Source of the DNA: Ginglymostoma cirratum
Lineage: Eukaryota
Assembly (NCBI GenBank): GCA_024137785.1
Contig: JAHRHZ010000073.1
Span: 5,132,250-5,196,249, forward strand
Direction: 5' to 3'
Length of the DNA stretch: 64,000 bases
Below, in pieces: positions 23,961-37,324 of this stretch; position 1 is the stretch's first letter, and each line of letters opens with the position of its first letter. A model generated the notes under the pieces. The model made no database searches, had not been told where the DNA came from, and saw only the letters and a list, made by a program, of their open reading frames with translations. Position numbers and translations under genes: made by a program.

Positions 23961-26329
23961 CAGCTACGTGGCTCAGAAAGTATTGTCACGCTTAATGTTC
24001 AGCTTGTTTACTGGAGTCTGAAGAAAGGCAGTTTTCATGCTACAGACAGCTACCAAATTCTTTTTACTTTAAGGCATTCTAAGGTACTACTACAAAGACA
24101 AATGCCAATATGACCCTTAGGTTAAAAAAAGTTATCCTCTGGGACTGCAATTCATGACGCCTTCAGAGTTTCCCAGGGTACCAGTTGAAAATGAAATCTG
24201 CCCTAGCTAAAATCATAAGTGACATTCTTCATAACTGTGGTTCATTATTTTGTGTTGTCCTCCCCAGATCTTTACTGAATTGCAAAAATTTAACAGCACC
24301 AAAAGAGGCCACTTGGTTCTTGATGTACATGCTAGCGCCCCAAATGAACAGCTCACTTACAGCCATTCTCCTGCCTTCTCCCTGTATACCACACATTGTT
24401 CCTTAAACAAGTAACCATCCAATTTAACTGCCTCCACTCCACTCTTTGGCAGTGGTTTCCAGGCTCTAATCACTCTTTGCATGAAATTTATTTTCCTCAT
24501 CTTACTTCTGTTTGTTTCTGTTCCCTCTTGATTTTGATCATTTCCTGATTAGGAACATTTTCTTTCTTTTACTCTGAACAGACCTCTCACGATTTTGAAT
24601 ACTTCAATCTGATTTCTTCTCAGCCTTCCTGTCTTCAAGGAAAACGTGATCATTGACATAGTCGAATGTGCTATCGTCCTCCATTGCCTATCATCTGTTT
24701 CCAATGCTATGTGATTGCTCCTGTGCTATTTCATTTCCATCTGTTTCAGACACAACCATCTCATTTTCAGGAGCATCTCTCTTGCTACCATACCTGACCT
24801 AGGATTCCCCAAGAATGTCACACACTGGCTCCTTTCCCATCCACTTACATCCATGTATATGCAACTCCAGGACATTATTCACAGGGATGGACGTCATCAG
24901 CTTCTATGTGAATGTGGACAACATATTTAATAATCTGCCCACCACTTGTCTGAACCACATCATTATGTTTATGCTGTTAAGACCACTTGTTTGACATCAA
25001 ATTGTGGAAAGGTCAAAATATCCATTAATTGAACACTGAGACTACTGAGGACATCGACTGTTCAGCCACTGCTATAAAACTAGTCTCTGTTACTACAAAT
25101 TCCATAACCCACTGGCCAGACTCTGAGGCGGAACCAGACAGTTTAATAACCTTGGCATCCTGTTTGACCCAGAGCTGAGTTTCAAACTCTGCACCATAAT
25201 CCATTATCCTGACCACTCACTTCCACCTCTACAACATCACCTTCTCTTGCACCTTACCTCAGCTCTGATGTTACTGAAATGTTCATCAATGTTTTTGTCA
25301 CCTCTGAATTCAAAGTGGGGGGTGAGGAATGTTTAAACGTTTGTGGGAGAATCTCAGACTGTCCTTCGATCCTCTGGCATTGGTGAATCCATACACTCTG
25401 TGGTGTGCTGCAGCACTGAATAAACATCCTGCCAAGCTGTGTACTTATGGCTAGCTGACTCACCAGTAATTTGCTTACTGACACATCTGTTCAGGTTCTG
25501 CCAGAACTGCTTGGCACCAGATATCATCACAGCCTTGAGTCAGATATGGAAACAAAAGCAACATCAGAGGAGACATAAGAATAGCTGCCCCCCAAAGTAA
25601 GAAAGCAGCTGGCAACATAAGGCACTGAACACCCCAAAGAAAGACTGATGCAAATTGAGGTTAATGAAAAGAAAATCACCAGAGACTGGAATCTCATACA
25701 ACTGAAAGAAATATGCTTGTGTTGTCAGCAACTAACCGTCACAATTTTGGGAAATCACTGCAGGAGTTTGTCGCGGTAACATCCTTAACTCAACCAACTA
25801 CAGCTACTTAAAATGATCTTATGTCTGCCACAGTCAAGGCGTTCAGTTGTTTGCTGACATTTCTACAGAAATCAGTTCCATTACATGTCCTTCAACATGG
25901 AAGCAACTCAAGCAGTGAAAAACAGCAAATGGACACCATCCAACCGCAGGACAGATTACTGCAGGTAACATTCATGTCAAAAGCAAAATGCTACAAATGC
26001 TGGAAATATCTGGTAGATGTGGTGAGAGAAACAGAGTTTAATGCTTCACATCTGTGATCTTCCATGAGCTGCTGAATTTATCCAGCATTTATTGCTTTCA
26101 CGTCACTTAAGTGCCTGGCATTGACAGTCTCCTGTGATTAAAAACAAACTGAACAATAATCTCCCTGACTTTGAATGGCACCATCATCACAACTTCTCAA
26201 AATCTACAAAGAGTTATGAATTGTCTTTCCCATGCCTAGAACTTGTACTCTGTCATTATAAGTGCTCGAGAAACTGTGGCCGAGAACAAGATATTGAATC
26301 TCCAGCCCTGTTCGCAATAAATAACACCC

Positions 26330-26900
26330 CATTGTAAGCAGTTATGAAATTCTGGGACCTTGGGGTTATGGTGACATACAATCTGTTTCTTGATGTAGAC
26401 CTCAAAATATGCATAATGAGAACAATGAGTAGCTTCGGCCAACTCGCAAGATGCAAATTGGGTAACTGCAACTTGAACTTGAGGACCAAGTCATTGGTTT
26501 ATAAGGTCTTTTTGCTCTCAGCAGCTAACTGTATGGCATGAGTAACTTACAGTTGCCAGGACAAGAAGCCCAATCATTTCCACCTTCTGTCTGCAGTGTA
26601 TCACGGTTAATATCCGGCAGAACAAAATTGTGAATAAAGTGGATTTCTTAAAGGCACGACTCCCTAATGCTTTGGCAGTAATTAAACAGAGGCAGCATTT
26701 TTTTTCTGGGGTGCGGAATTGGACACTGCACAAGGATATAAGACAATCACAAACCCAAAGACTCTGTGTGTGTTGATGTGACTGGGGCCAGATAACCAGC
26801 AAGACAACCAAAGCTCTGCTTCAAGGATACTTGCAAGTGTGACATGAAGGCTCTAAATATTGCGCTTCACACCCAGAAGTCAGTAGCGGGCAAAAAAATC
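26330..26900 (+). mobile_element. RTE-clade LINE RT C-terminal remnant
   Basis: ORF 26344-26541 DLG..SSFGQLA..LNLRTKSLVYKVFLLS followed by ctgtatggc (LYG), typical of RTE/BovB-type RT. Confidence 0.55.
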
Positions 26901-29900
26901 ATGTCAACCTCTTGCAGACTCAAGTGAACCACCACAACCAACAATGATTGCAGTTGCAATGCTGAAAACAAGAACACAAAACATGCCTTGCCAATTTTTT
27001 TTTTAATCTAGTCTGCCTCTCAAAGATTAGTTTCTTCAGCCATCTGCCAAGGTACACCAAATGAAGACATACCACCTAAATCGAGTGTTTGCCAGATAGC
27101 CATCATTTCTCGTAGATGGAAGGATATCAAGACTTAATCAAAGCTCTTGAGTTACCAGTAACCAGACACATAACCGAACCAGGCGTACCAACAAAGTAAC
27201 GATAAGAATGGCTCACTTTCTGCACCCTCAAAGTCTCTTCAGCAGCTACGTGACACAAGCCAAGGGTGTGATGAAATTGTTAAAAAAAACACTGAATTCC
27301 ATTCACTTGACTGGAACCTCATCACTGCAGGTGAACATTGGCCACAGTATGTATGATCTGTAAGGCAGTCTCACTGATTTTGTCCATTAATTCCAGAACA
27401 AGCAAAGTCATAGCAATACCTTTGATTGGAGGACTGCTTTGGCTGGAATGCATTCCAAGGTGCACTTGAAGGAAAACTTACAAAAGGAAGCTGCTGGTGT
27501 TAAGTTTGCCCTGTACATAATGGACATCCACAGCACAGTTAAAAACAGTGTTAAAAGGATATAAATTTCAATTGGTATAGATGCTTTGAACACATGAAAT
27601 TAACAAATGGAAGCATGTTTCTTTCCTTTGGCTGACCTTGTAAAAAGTCACCAACCTTGTTGCCACATTGCCTCCAGGTATGTGGTATGTAGTTATGACA
27701 TTCACATTGGTTGGCAGCTCGCCTCTGGGACCTACAACAAACTATCGCAAATAGAGTCCTCCAGTGTCTCACTTCACTCACCAAATTTCCTAAGGACTAA
27801 CTGAAGAAACAGGGTGTTCTATGTGCTCTTGAAGTAGCAGTAGACATGTTTCTAAACAATAGTGTTGCCTTCCAAACCACAAAGCTGCAGGCTGTAAATG
27901 CTAAATTGTGGGCATTTTTCACATTGGATGCTTACTTCCATTATAAAATTATGCTGATCTTAGAAAAACATGTGAATATGTGAAGAGTGGATCAGAAGGG
28001 TATTCTTCCCACATTGCTTAACATTTCATCAAATTTGAGTTTTAATAGAGAATATATTTAATACAAAACGAAAATGAGCAAAAATGGATTTATTGAAATA
28101 ATTCTTAAATACATAAAAAAACCATGTTAATTTTAAACAGAAAGTTATTATAGCTGCAATTCCATGCTTTCCCGACGGTAGAATCAATTCAATATTATCT
28201 GAATTTTTGAACTGAATTGGACATTATCAATGATTCAATACTCTTAATGTTGAAATTGTTTCCACCAGTATTGATGGCCAATATATTTGATTTTCCATTT
28301 AACGAAGAATATTAGGATTCATTAAACCATGAATATCCCATTGAAACCATTAACATCAGAAATGTTGTTATTTTGAAATGACAGCATGCATTATATGACT
28401 GTGTGATAAATGCAAGAACTTTCACAATTTATAAATGGCCAGATCATTCTACAGCTATCAATCCATAGAAACATAAATGCTAAAAGTCGCTCTTGAACAA
28501 ATAGTTTTCCAGATTCAAATGTAGATTTGTCAACTGAAGGGTAATATATATTATTTAGTCATTTCATGGTATAAATATTAATAAGTACATTTTTAAAACG
28601 AACATTTTTCATGATAATCTTCAATCAGAGCCTAAATTGGTTAAGCATTCTAAATGTGCTCAGCCAAGGCTTTCAACATAAACGTAACACAGGGTCAAAC
28701 TCACTTGCAAACTAACTTTAATTAGTTTTGAGGTATGCAGTTTGTTTAAGTTTCCTGTTAAACTAATTTGCATATAATTAGTTTTTTTTTTAAATCTTGC
28801 AATAGCCAGCTAAACGTTTCAGAATGAACTTTTGTTTAAATCGTTTGTATAAAAAATGTCTTGACAAAAGTAAGTGTGTAATATGATACAAATTTTCATA
28901 CAACTGAAAATAGCTTTGTTACAAAAAAGCATTGAAATCAAAATGCCTCATCATCTGTCATTAATCTGAAGTTTGCAATTGGAAAAATTATTTTAAATAA
29001 ATATACAAATTAACAATACATAGAACAATTCACTGGATACACTGGTGGTAGTGAATCTCTTAGTTCTAAAAAAAATGTAAAAGCATTCGAAATATGCCAA
29101 TTGAGTCTTACTGATAAAATAATGCTTAATTTGACAGCCTCTTTGAATGTCCACATACAATCACAACTAGCAGAAACTCAATGATCTGATCTGGTTTCAG
29201 AATCGGTTTCTGGAGTGATGTTTTTTGCAACAATCCCAAATGGTTGTGGAAAATCCATTTCTGCCAAATGTAGTTGCAATTGAATTTCCCCAACCTTTCG
29301 GGCTGGTTTTGCCTTGCTCCATTCTTATCTGGTGCCTTACTTCTCGCATCACCACACTAATGTAATGTCGGGGGGAAAAAGTAACATTGGAGCCCTTCAG
29401 TATCCTAACTATCACCAAATGCTGTTCATTATGACCACTAACATCACACCTTTGCTCAATGACCTACATTACCTGTACTTCCATCCTCTACTGCCAAACC
29501 GCAACCCCCCCCAAACACCTGCCCACCACCACACTCCCTCCTACCCACCCACCCTCGTGCCAGTGGGTGAGCATCAAATCAACTTTAACATTCTCATCTT
29601 TGTTTTCAAATAATTCACTGGCCTTCCTACGTTCTTAATCTCCCTCAGCCCTATATTTTAAGATGCCCGCACTTCTAACTTTAATTTACTCCAGGACTAG
29701 TACTTGTCCTTTCATCTGTGTTGATCCAAGGTGTGGAATTCCCTCCATAAATCACACTGTCTCTATCTCACTTTCCTCCTTTAAGAACTCCTTAAAACCT
29801 ACCACTTTGAGTTTTTGCTCCTCTGCGCTAATATCTCCATATATAGCTCAGGTTGTATTTTGCTTAGAGTACCTATCTGAAGTACCTTTTAATATTTTAG

Positions 29901-30236
29901 TGTTATGGGCACAATATCATCACTATATGATTACTATGCTCAGTCACTTTTCGGCAAAAGGTATTGAAAAACCCACTGCAACATATCTGCACTCTTAAAA
30001 ATGATGATTCTAATACCTGTACATCAAATTTCTCTCGTCAAGCTAGTAGAATGGAAGTATTTTTAATTTACAACAATGGCCAAGACCATCTTACCCATTT
30101 AAGTACAAAACTTCTTTTAATTATTGTTGTTCATTGATTATTATTCTCACTTCAATACAATATGTCAATCAAAATTACCCTGTATTTAACGTATCAGTAC
30201 TTCTGGAATCTAAGATATATATTTCTACTTTCACAG

Positions 30237-32068
30237 TGAGAGGAGATCCAGGAATGCCTGGACCACCAGGACCTCCAGGACCCCCCGGACCCCCAGGGCA
30301 AGCTGGGTATCCAGGAAAGCCAGGTGTTGGGTTGATGGGACCCCCTGGCAGTCCAGGACAACCAGGGCCACAAGGACTAACTGTAAAGGGAACTCCAGGC
30401 ATTCCAGGAGTACCAGGGCCTGCAGGGAGAATAGGGTATCCTGGACAAAAAGGCGATAAAGGAATTCAAGGGATACAAGGGCAAAGAGGTAGTCCAGGCC
30501 CTCCAGGAAATCCCGGACCAGCTGGATTGTCTGTTGTTGGTAAACCAGGCCCACAAGGGGCAGTAGGACCTCCAGGAGTACCAGGATTACCCGGAGCAAA
30601 GGGACACCCAGGTTATCCAGGCCTCCCTGGTCAAAAGGGGGATAAAGGAATTGGAATTCCAGGGACTTCAGGTGAAAGAGGGCTGCCTGGGCCACGAGGG
30701 GCACCAGGAACTCCAGGACCAGCAGGATTAACTACATCAGGTGCACCTGGACTTCCTGGTGAACCAGGTAAAAAAGGTGAAATGGGACCACCAGGTCCAT
30801 CGGGTTTTACTGGAGCACCAGGTCATAAAGGGCCACCAGGACCACCTGGACCAACAGGAATAGGAAAGCCTGGAGCTGCAGGTGTACCAGGATTGCAAGG
30901 GCCCCCTGGTTTGAAAGGTCATCCTGGCATACAAGGTTTGCCAGGGGCACCAGGACTGCCAGGTATTGGAAAACCAGGCATGCCAGGGCTGAAAGGAGAA
31001 CCTGGCCCGGTAGGTTATCCTGGATATCCTGGAAAGAAAGGAGAGATGGGACCCATCGGCAAGTCAGGAGACCCTGGTTTGATGGGACCAGCTGGTCTTC
31101 CAGGAGCACAAGGCCCTCGAGGTCTACAAGGAATTCCTGGTGCACCAGGAGAAAAAGGTGCACCAGGACACATGGGTGCACAAGGATATCCTGGATCAAA
31201 GGGTGAGAGAGGTGCAACTGGTGTTCCAGGAATATCAGGGTCTCCTGGGAAATCAGGCTCACCAGGACTACCAGGAACAGTTGGACCAGCCGGTCAAAAA
31301 GGGGATATTGGTCTCACTGGCCCAGCTGGGAAACCTGGAAATCCTGGTCCTCCTGGTCCTCAAGGTCCATTAGGTTTTCCAGGCGCAGTTGGATTACGAG
31401 GAGCACCCGGAATACCTGGTCATAAAGGCTTGCCTGGGTTGCCAGGCCCACAAGGGCCTCCTGGACTAAATGGTGCTCCAGGAAAACCAGGATTACCAGG
31501 TCCTCCGGGTCTCATTAGCAGAGAAATAACAAAGGGGCCACCAGGCGCACCAGGACGAACTGGTGCAGAAGGTGCTCCAGGTCCACCAGGCCTTCCTGGT
31601 CCACCAGGTTTACCTGGTGAAATCTTTGTACAACCAGAGAAATCGGTACAGCCACCACCTGGATTGCTGAGCCCTATTCCAGCTTTTACAGCCATTCTTT
31701 CTAGGCCATATCCACCAGTAGGCCAACCAATAATATTTGACATTCTAGTGACCAATTCAAATAATAATTATGATCCATCATCTGGTGTTTTTACATGTGA
31801 AGTACCAGGGCTTTATCAATTTAGTTACCATGTACAAATCAAGGGGGGGAATGTTTGGGTTTCATTATATAAAAACGGAAAATCCATACTGCAAACATAT
31901 GATGATTATACGAAAGGATATGTAGATCAGGCCTCAGGAAGTGCTATAGTACACCTACATGAAAATGACCAAGTCTACATACTATTACCTTCAGAGGAAG
32001 CTAATGGGTTATATTCATCTGATGAGAAACAGTCATCCTTCTCAGGGTTTTTAATCAGCCCTTCATGA
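30237..32068 (+). CDS. col10a1: col10a1-A last coding exon: ~459-aa Gly-X-Y domain with 8 imperfections + C1q/NC1 domain
   Basis: Acceptor ctttcacag|TG (phase 1, G|TG = Val). NC1 [42 protein letters not shown] matches COL10A1 (YDEYTKGYLDQASG) better than COL8A1; NC2 is short. Full protein about 666 aa. Confidence 0.95.
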
Positions 32069-32317
32069 TTTACACTAATTGAGAAAAAAAATCAACTCAG
32101 AGTAATGAATCAAACCAAGTTTTCTTAAAATGTTTCTTAACTGACAAATGATGCACCTTCATTAAGAAATGATTTGGTACTAAAATTCACACAAGTACAG
32201 TAGTGCCATCGATGTTTATCATCCTACAGTTAACATGTGTCCTTGAATCGCCACCATTACCATATAAATATGGTTTATACAGCACCACACAGGTGTGATG
32301 ACACATATTGTATCTGA

Positions 32318-32739
32318 AATAAATGCAGCATTTTTGTAACTTTTTAAGCTCATGAAAACAAAACGTGTTATCTATTTTTCATCAGCAAAGAAGCTATTCA
32401 ATCCATGTGACACAGTTATGCTCTTTTCTCTATGAACATCTTTGTAGAAAATATGACAAAGCAAGAAGTATATTTTGATAACATGGGATCATTCTTTAAC
32501 CATGTTCACTATTTTCCACCTATTTACAGACTGCAATCTTCCACATATTCAAACCAACGCTTGAAATTACAATAATTGTCTATTCCTTTGTTTCTAGATT
32601 TCATAATAGTACCACTCTTACTTCCATTTCATCACCGGCATATGCTGCTTTATTATCCACATATTTTGCTTATTTAGTTTATAATATATAGCTGCTTGTT
32701 CAGAGTGAAAGTATTTTAATGTATTTATTCAAAAATAAA
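32318..32739 (+). terminator. Candidate polyadenylation signals of col10a1-A
   Basis: AATAAA at 32318-32323 and 32734-32739, the second followed by T/GT-rich sequence. Confidence 0.5.
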
Positions 32740-34084
32740 TGTAAATATTTTTTTCTAATGATTAACATTTTTTCAATGTATAGAAATGCTTTTTCTGTTG
32801 TATGTTAATGAATCTCACAGACCTGGAATGTCCAAAGTTTGATCCACGATCCTCATCATTCGCCAGTTTGCAGTGAAAACACCATTACTGACCTCAGGGA
32901 TAGAACTGAAGGGGGTTGGGGAGCACTGTGATGAACGTGGGTGGTAGTGTTGGCGTTTGGTGGAGTTTAATGTAGCAGGTTTCCTAATGTAAAGCAGTTT
33001 AGTGAACACTCCAGGATCATGTGCTGAGTTAACAGCACCAACACAGTAAAACAGCCAAACTATACACTCAAGAAGCACAGAGAAGAAGAATGATCAACTG
33101 ATTTATGTATCAGAGGACTCCTGGCATCCATGAGACCAAATTTTGGATGAATGATCATTTTCAGAAGGGGAAGGAAAATTGGGAATAGAAGGATTGTAGC
33201 AATATTTTCAAAAAGAGCAACTTTTACATAGTGAAATATAACACGCTAAATATCAGATCTTACTGCACTCCTACTGTATAAACTATTAATGTGAGCTGTC
33301 AAATAATTTTGTGGAACTAGAATTAAACAGATTTATTTATCTGACACAAACTTCCAAATTTCTTTTTTTGCAATAAAACTGGCAAATTGTAACATTATGA
33401 ACAAAACTGTTCTGTGTTAAACTCAATACATTTTAGTTATAATTAAGCTGATGGACCTGAAAATCAACAGAGGTTCTACATGTTTCCCATTGTTACTCTA
33501 CACAAGTGCAATGGCACCACAGTGGAATTTCAGGGTCATGTTTGATAAAAGGAGGTTAACAAAGCGAAATTACATTAGATTTGGATAACAAATATCAAAT
33601 GTGAACTGAACTGTGTTCAGCAATAATGCCTCTGGGACAAACAGACTGCCAGCATTCAGAGTTTAGGCTCATGGAGAATGGACAATTGGGCTGATATTTA
33701 TTTATGACTCCAGCAGTATTTTACCCCCTCCAAGAGAAATAAAGGAGGAAAAAAATACATGCTCTCATTTAAGAAAATCAGTGCTTTAATCTATGTTACA
33801 ACATTACCACCTGCTTCTGTTTTCTCACGTATAGAAACCAAAATCTTTCACCTTACCAATTTTAGAAGTAATTGCCTTCAATAGAGCAGACCAGCTCGAG
33901 TCCAACTGTGGATTTGAGCATTATAATCCACAAAATTCCTCAAAGCAAAGATACCCAGGTTTTCAAATCAGCTGAAAGCATTTGGCCTACAAGTCACATC
34001 TGGGACAACAGTGCCATACAGAATGAGGATCATACTCAATCCAACTAAAAATGTGTGACATACATCTCTGTTACGGTTAAGTAC

Positions 34085-34717
34085 ATGCTATAATGCACAT
34101 CTTCTGTTTCTCTCTTCAAACAAACTATTCAAATTAAAATGTCCGGTCCTGAAACAAACAGAACTACCTATATGATAACACAGTGTGGAGCTGGAGGAAC
34201 GCAGCAGGCCAGGCAGCATCAGAAGAATTCCTCTGCTGCTGGCCTGCTGTGCTTCTCCAACTCCATAATGTGTTACCTCCGACTCCAGATCTGCAGTTCT
34301 TGCTATCACTACCTATAGGAACTGGAATGATACACCATTAATAAAAATTTCAAAGTTTTCAATATCATGAGCACACTGGGTAAAGTAGATAGGGAGAAAC
34401 CATTTCTGCTTATAAAAGGAAGCACAAATGAGCTTAGGTTTAAAGTGATCTACAAAAGAAGCAAGGGCAAAGGGAGGAAAAACCTTTTCAAACAGCGAGT
34501 AGTTAGGGCCTGGAATGCACTGCCTGGAAGTCTGGAGGAGGCAGGTTCAATTGATGCATTCAAGAAGGCATTAAATAATTATTTGGACAAAAATAATGGA
34601 TAAGAGTGCAGAGGAAAAGCAAGAGACTGGCATTGGGTAGTGATGCTTATTTAACCAGCTGGTGCAGGCAAAATGGGTCGAACGGCTTCCTGTGCAGTAA
34701 CTCTTCTGTGATTCTCT
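34085..34717 (+). repeat. Left arm of a composite inverted repeat (unrecognised 5' part + CR1 3' end)
   Basis: Reverse complement matches 35271-35465 and 35965-36150; ORF 34367-34603 QRVVRAWNALP..FKKALNNYL is a CR1 C-terminus. Confidence 0.85.
34173..34307. mobile_element. Fold-back Penelope-tail mini-element with 10-bp TSD
   Basis: Inverted arms related to the tails at ~520-600 and ~15780-15836; ACTACCTATA at 34163-34172 and 34308-34317; absent from the right arm. Confidence 0.8.
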
Positions 34718-35270
34718 AATAATACATATAGTATCTATCTGGTCTGAATTAAATCGATCTGATCACTTTTGGGGAATATATATGTCATGCAAAGTAATAT
34801 TTATTAACTCCTCACTTCTTAAAAAATAAAGATCATGGGGTCATTATTCCTAGATGGTGACAACAGTCCAAGCCTGAAAAAGGGGCCTATGGACAGTTGA
34901 AGCTTGTGGGAAAGCAACTGGGCAGGTGGTTAAATCAACTGACCATAGTATAACCAAGCTATACTGGGATTTTTATTTAACTTTAATTAAGATGCTCATT
35001 GAAGTTCATGAGTTCATTAATTCATGCAAGTGGAAGCTATTTTCGTGAAAAACACCAAAGTTCAATCATTTGATAATAAGTAAGAGTAGCTAAATCAAAT
35101 GACACAATGAATAGTTAGTTAACAGGCCATAAAAACCGCCTTCAACAGAAGTAATGTATGACTGTGGAATAAGCACAATAATCAAACTTTTGGAAACCCC
35201 TTCCTTGCCCACAAAGCTAAGTTATCCTTCTTCTGATTCCATGATCTTTGCAGCTCTTGTTGCATCCTCC

Positions 35271-36150
35271 AGAGAATCACAGAACAGTTAATGCGCAGGC
35301 GGCCATTCGACCCATTTTGCCTGCACCAGCTAGCACCAGCATCACTACCCAGTGCCAATCTCCTGCTCTTTTTCTGCACTCTTATCCATTATTTTTGTCA
35401 AAGTAAGTATTCAATGCCTTCTCGAATGCTTCAATTGAACCTGCCTCCTCCACGCTTCAAGGCAGTCTCCTCACCCCAATCCCAGGCCCCAAGAAGACTT
35501 TCCACATCAGGCAGAGGTTCACCTGCACATCTGCCAATGTGGTATACTGCATCCGCTGTACCCGTTGTGGCTTCCTCTACATCGGGGAAACCAAGCGGAG
35601 GCTTGGGGACCGCTTTGCAGAACACCTGCGCTCAGTTCGTAACAAACAACTGCACCTCCCAGTCGCGAACCATTTCAACTCCCCCTCCCAGTCCTCAGAT
35701 GACATGTCCATCCTTGGCCTCCTGCAATGCCACAGTGATGCCACCCGAAGGCTGCAGGAACAGCAAATCATATTCAGCCTGGGAACCCTGCAGCCCAATG
35801 GCATCAATGTGGATTTCACAAGCTTCAAAATCTCCCCTCCCCCAACCGCATCCCAAAACCAGCCCAGCTCATCTCCACCTCCCTAACCTGTTTTCCCTCT
35901 CACCTCAAGCCACACCCCCATCTCCTATCTACTAACATCATCCCGCCCCCTTGACCTGTCCGTCCTATCTACTTTATCAAGTGTGTTCATGATATTGAAA
36001 ATTCTAAAATTTATGTTAATTAATATTATGTCCAGTCTATTCATTCTTTCATGTGTATCATATAGGTGATGCTCTGTTTGTTTCAGGGCAAGACATTTAA
36101 ATTTGAATAGTTTGTTTGAAGAGAGAAACAGAAGACGTGCATTATAGCAT
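35271..36150 (-). repeat. Right arm of the composite inverted repeat, interrupted by a Penelope fragment
   Basis: 35271-35465 is the reverse complement of ~34519-34717; 35965-36150 is the reverse complement of ~34085-34392 without the 34173 insertion. Confidence 0.85.
35466..35964 (+). mobile_element. Penelope-like element GIY-YIG endonuclease fragment
   Basis: ORF 35539-35886 VYCIRCTRCGFLYIGETKRRLGDRFAEH..HF..QPNGIN is a canonical PLE GIY-YIG domain. Confidence 0.92.
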
Positions 36151-37324
36151 TGACGATTGCAGCTTGGTCTCAAGCTGTGGAATTCCCTCTCTAAACTTCT
36201 GTGCCTCCTTGCTGCTCTCCTCTTTTAAATGCCTGAATAAAAGTCACATTTTTAATGAAGTTTTTGTCCTATCTATCCCAACATGCTCTTTGGTTAGTAT
36301 CTGCATTTCTTTAGTGTATTTGCAATGCTCTTTGGAATATTACGTATCCTGTACATGCTGTATAAATTTGTTGTGTTTGACAACTAGTCTGAATGTTGCT
36401 GAGGCTAACACAGATCAGGAGGCAGTTTGAGATGGGATAAAGAAAAAAATGACGTACAACCGATTACACATGCCTTCTGGCTCTGATCAAAGGCAGAAGA
36501 AGCTAATGGCAAATAAATGTCATTCAAGTCAGGCTATTGAAGATAAGGTTTAGACAAAGAATGCAAAATTTTATGGGACACTTTGTTCAAAGTACATCAT
36601 ACAGCAAGGTGACCTGATCAATACTCTACCCAGATATCCATTTTGGAAGAGTTTAAAGAAAGAAATGTTCGTAGACCCTAGCGCAGCAGACAGTGGAAAA
36701 AAACTCTGCAGGAAATCTCTGGTCCAACACTCTCAAGTGTTGAGAGAAATTGAGAAGTCATAGGGCACCAAGAGGAGAAGTGGTAAAAGAGAAAAAGGTT
36801 GTTCATACAGGCAGACACCTTATCCAACCTAGACTGTAACTTACTATTTGTCAGTCACATGCTTTGTTTTCTCTGTTAACAGGTGTGATATATTCCAGAC
36901 GAAGCCTCTGATTGAACTCAATCTCTTTCCATATTTCTCTCAGCCAAATCTGATCAGTTGCTCAGACAGTGATATCTCTCAAAGAAAGATAAAAGTTAGA
37001 GTACATTTTTTATTTGTTCGTGGGACTTGGCAGTCAATGACTAGGCTAGTATTTATTGCCCATCCTTAAATGACCAGAGTGCTTTTAAGAGGCAACCGCA
37101 GGCCAGACCAAGATAAGGATGGTAGATTTTCTTCCCTAAAGGACATTAGTCAACTCGATGGGTTTTTACGACAGTTAGCAGCAGTCACCTTTGGATTCTT
37201 CTCCCCGATATGTATTGAATTCAAACTTCACATCTGCTATCGTGGAATTCAAACCTATGTGCCCAGAAATTTAAGTTCCAAATATTAGGTCCTGTACAGT
37301 CCGTGCCTTGTTGGCTATGTACTA

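Noticed and set aside
30176-30189. 14-mer TACCCTGTATTTAA shared with the duplicated unit
   Set aside because: A 14-nt match is expected by chance in 64 kb of AT-rich DNA.
30134-30236. N-terminal part ([10 protein letters not shown]...) of the 644-aa ORF
   Set aside because: Intronic read-through upstream of the acceptor at 30236, starting at TTG; the real N-terminus comes from upstream exons.
30175-31755. Antisense and alternative-frame ORFs over the collagen exons (also 59441-60888)
   Set aside because: Shadow ORFs caused by GGN-CCN codon periodicity.
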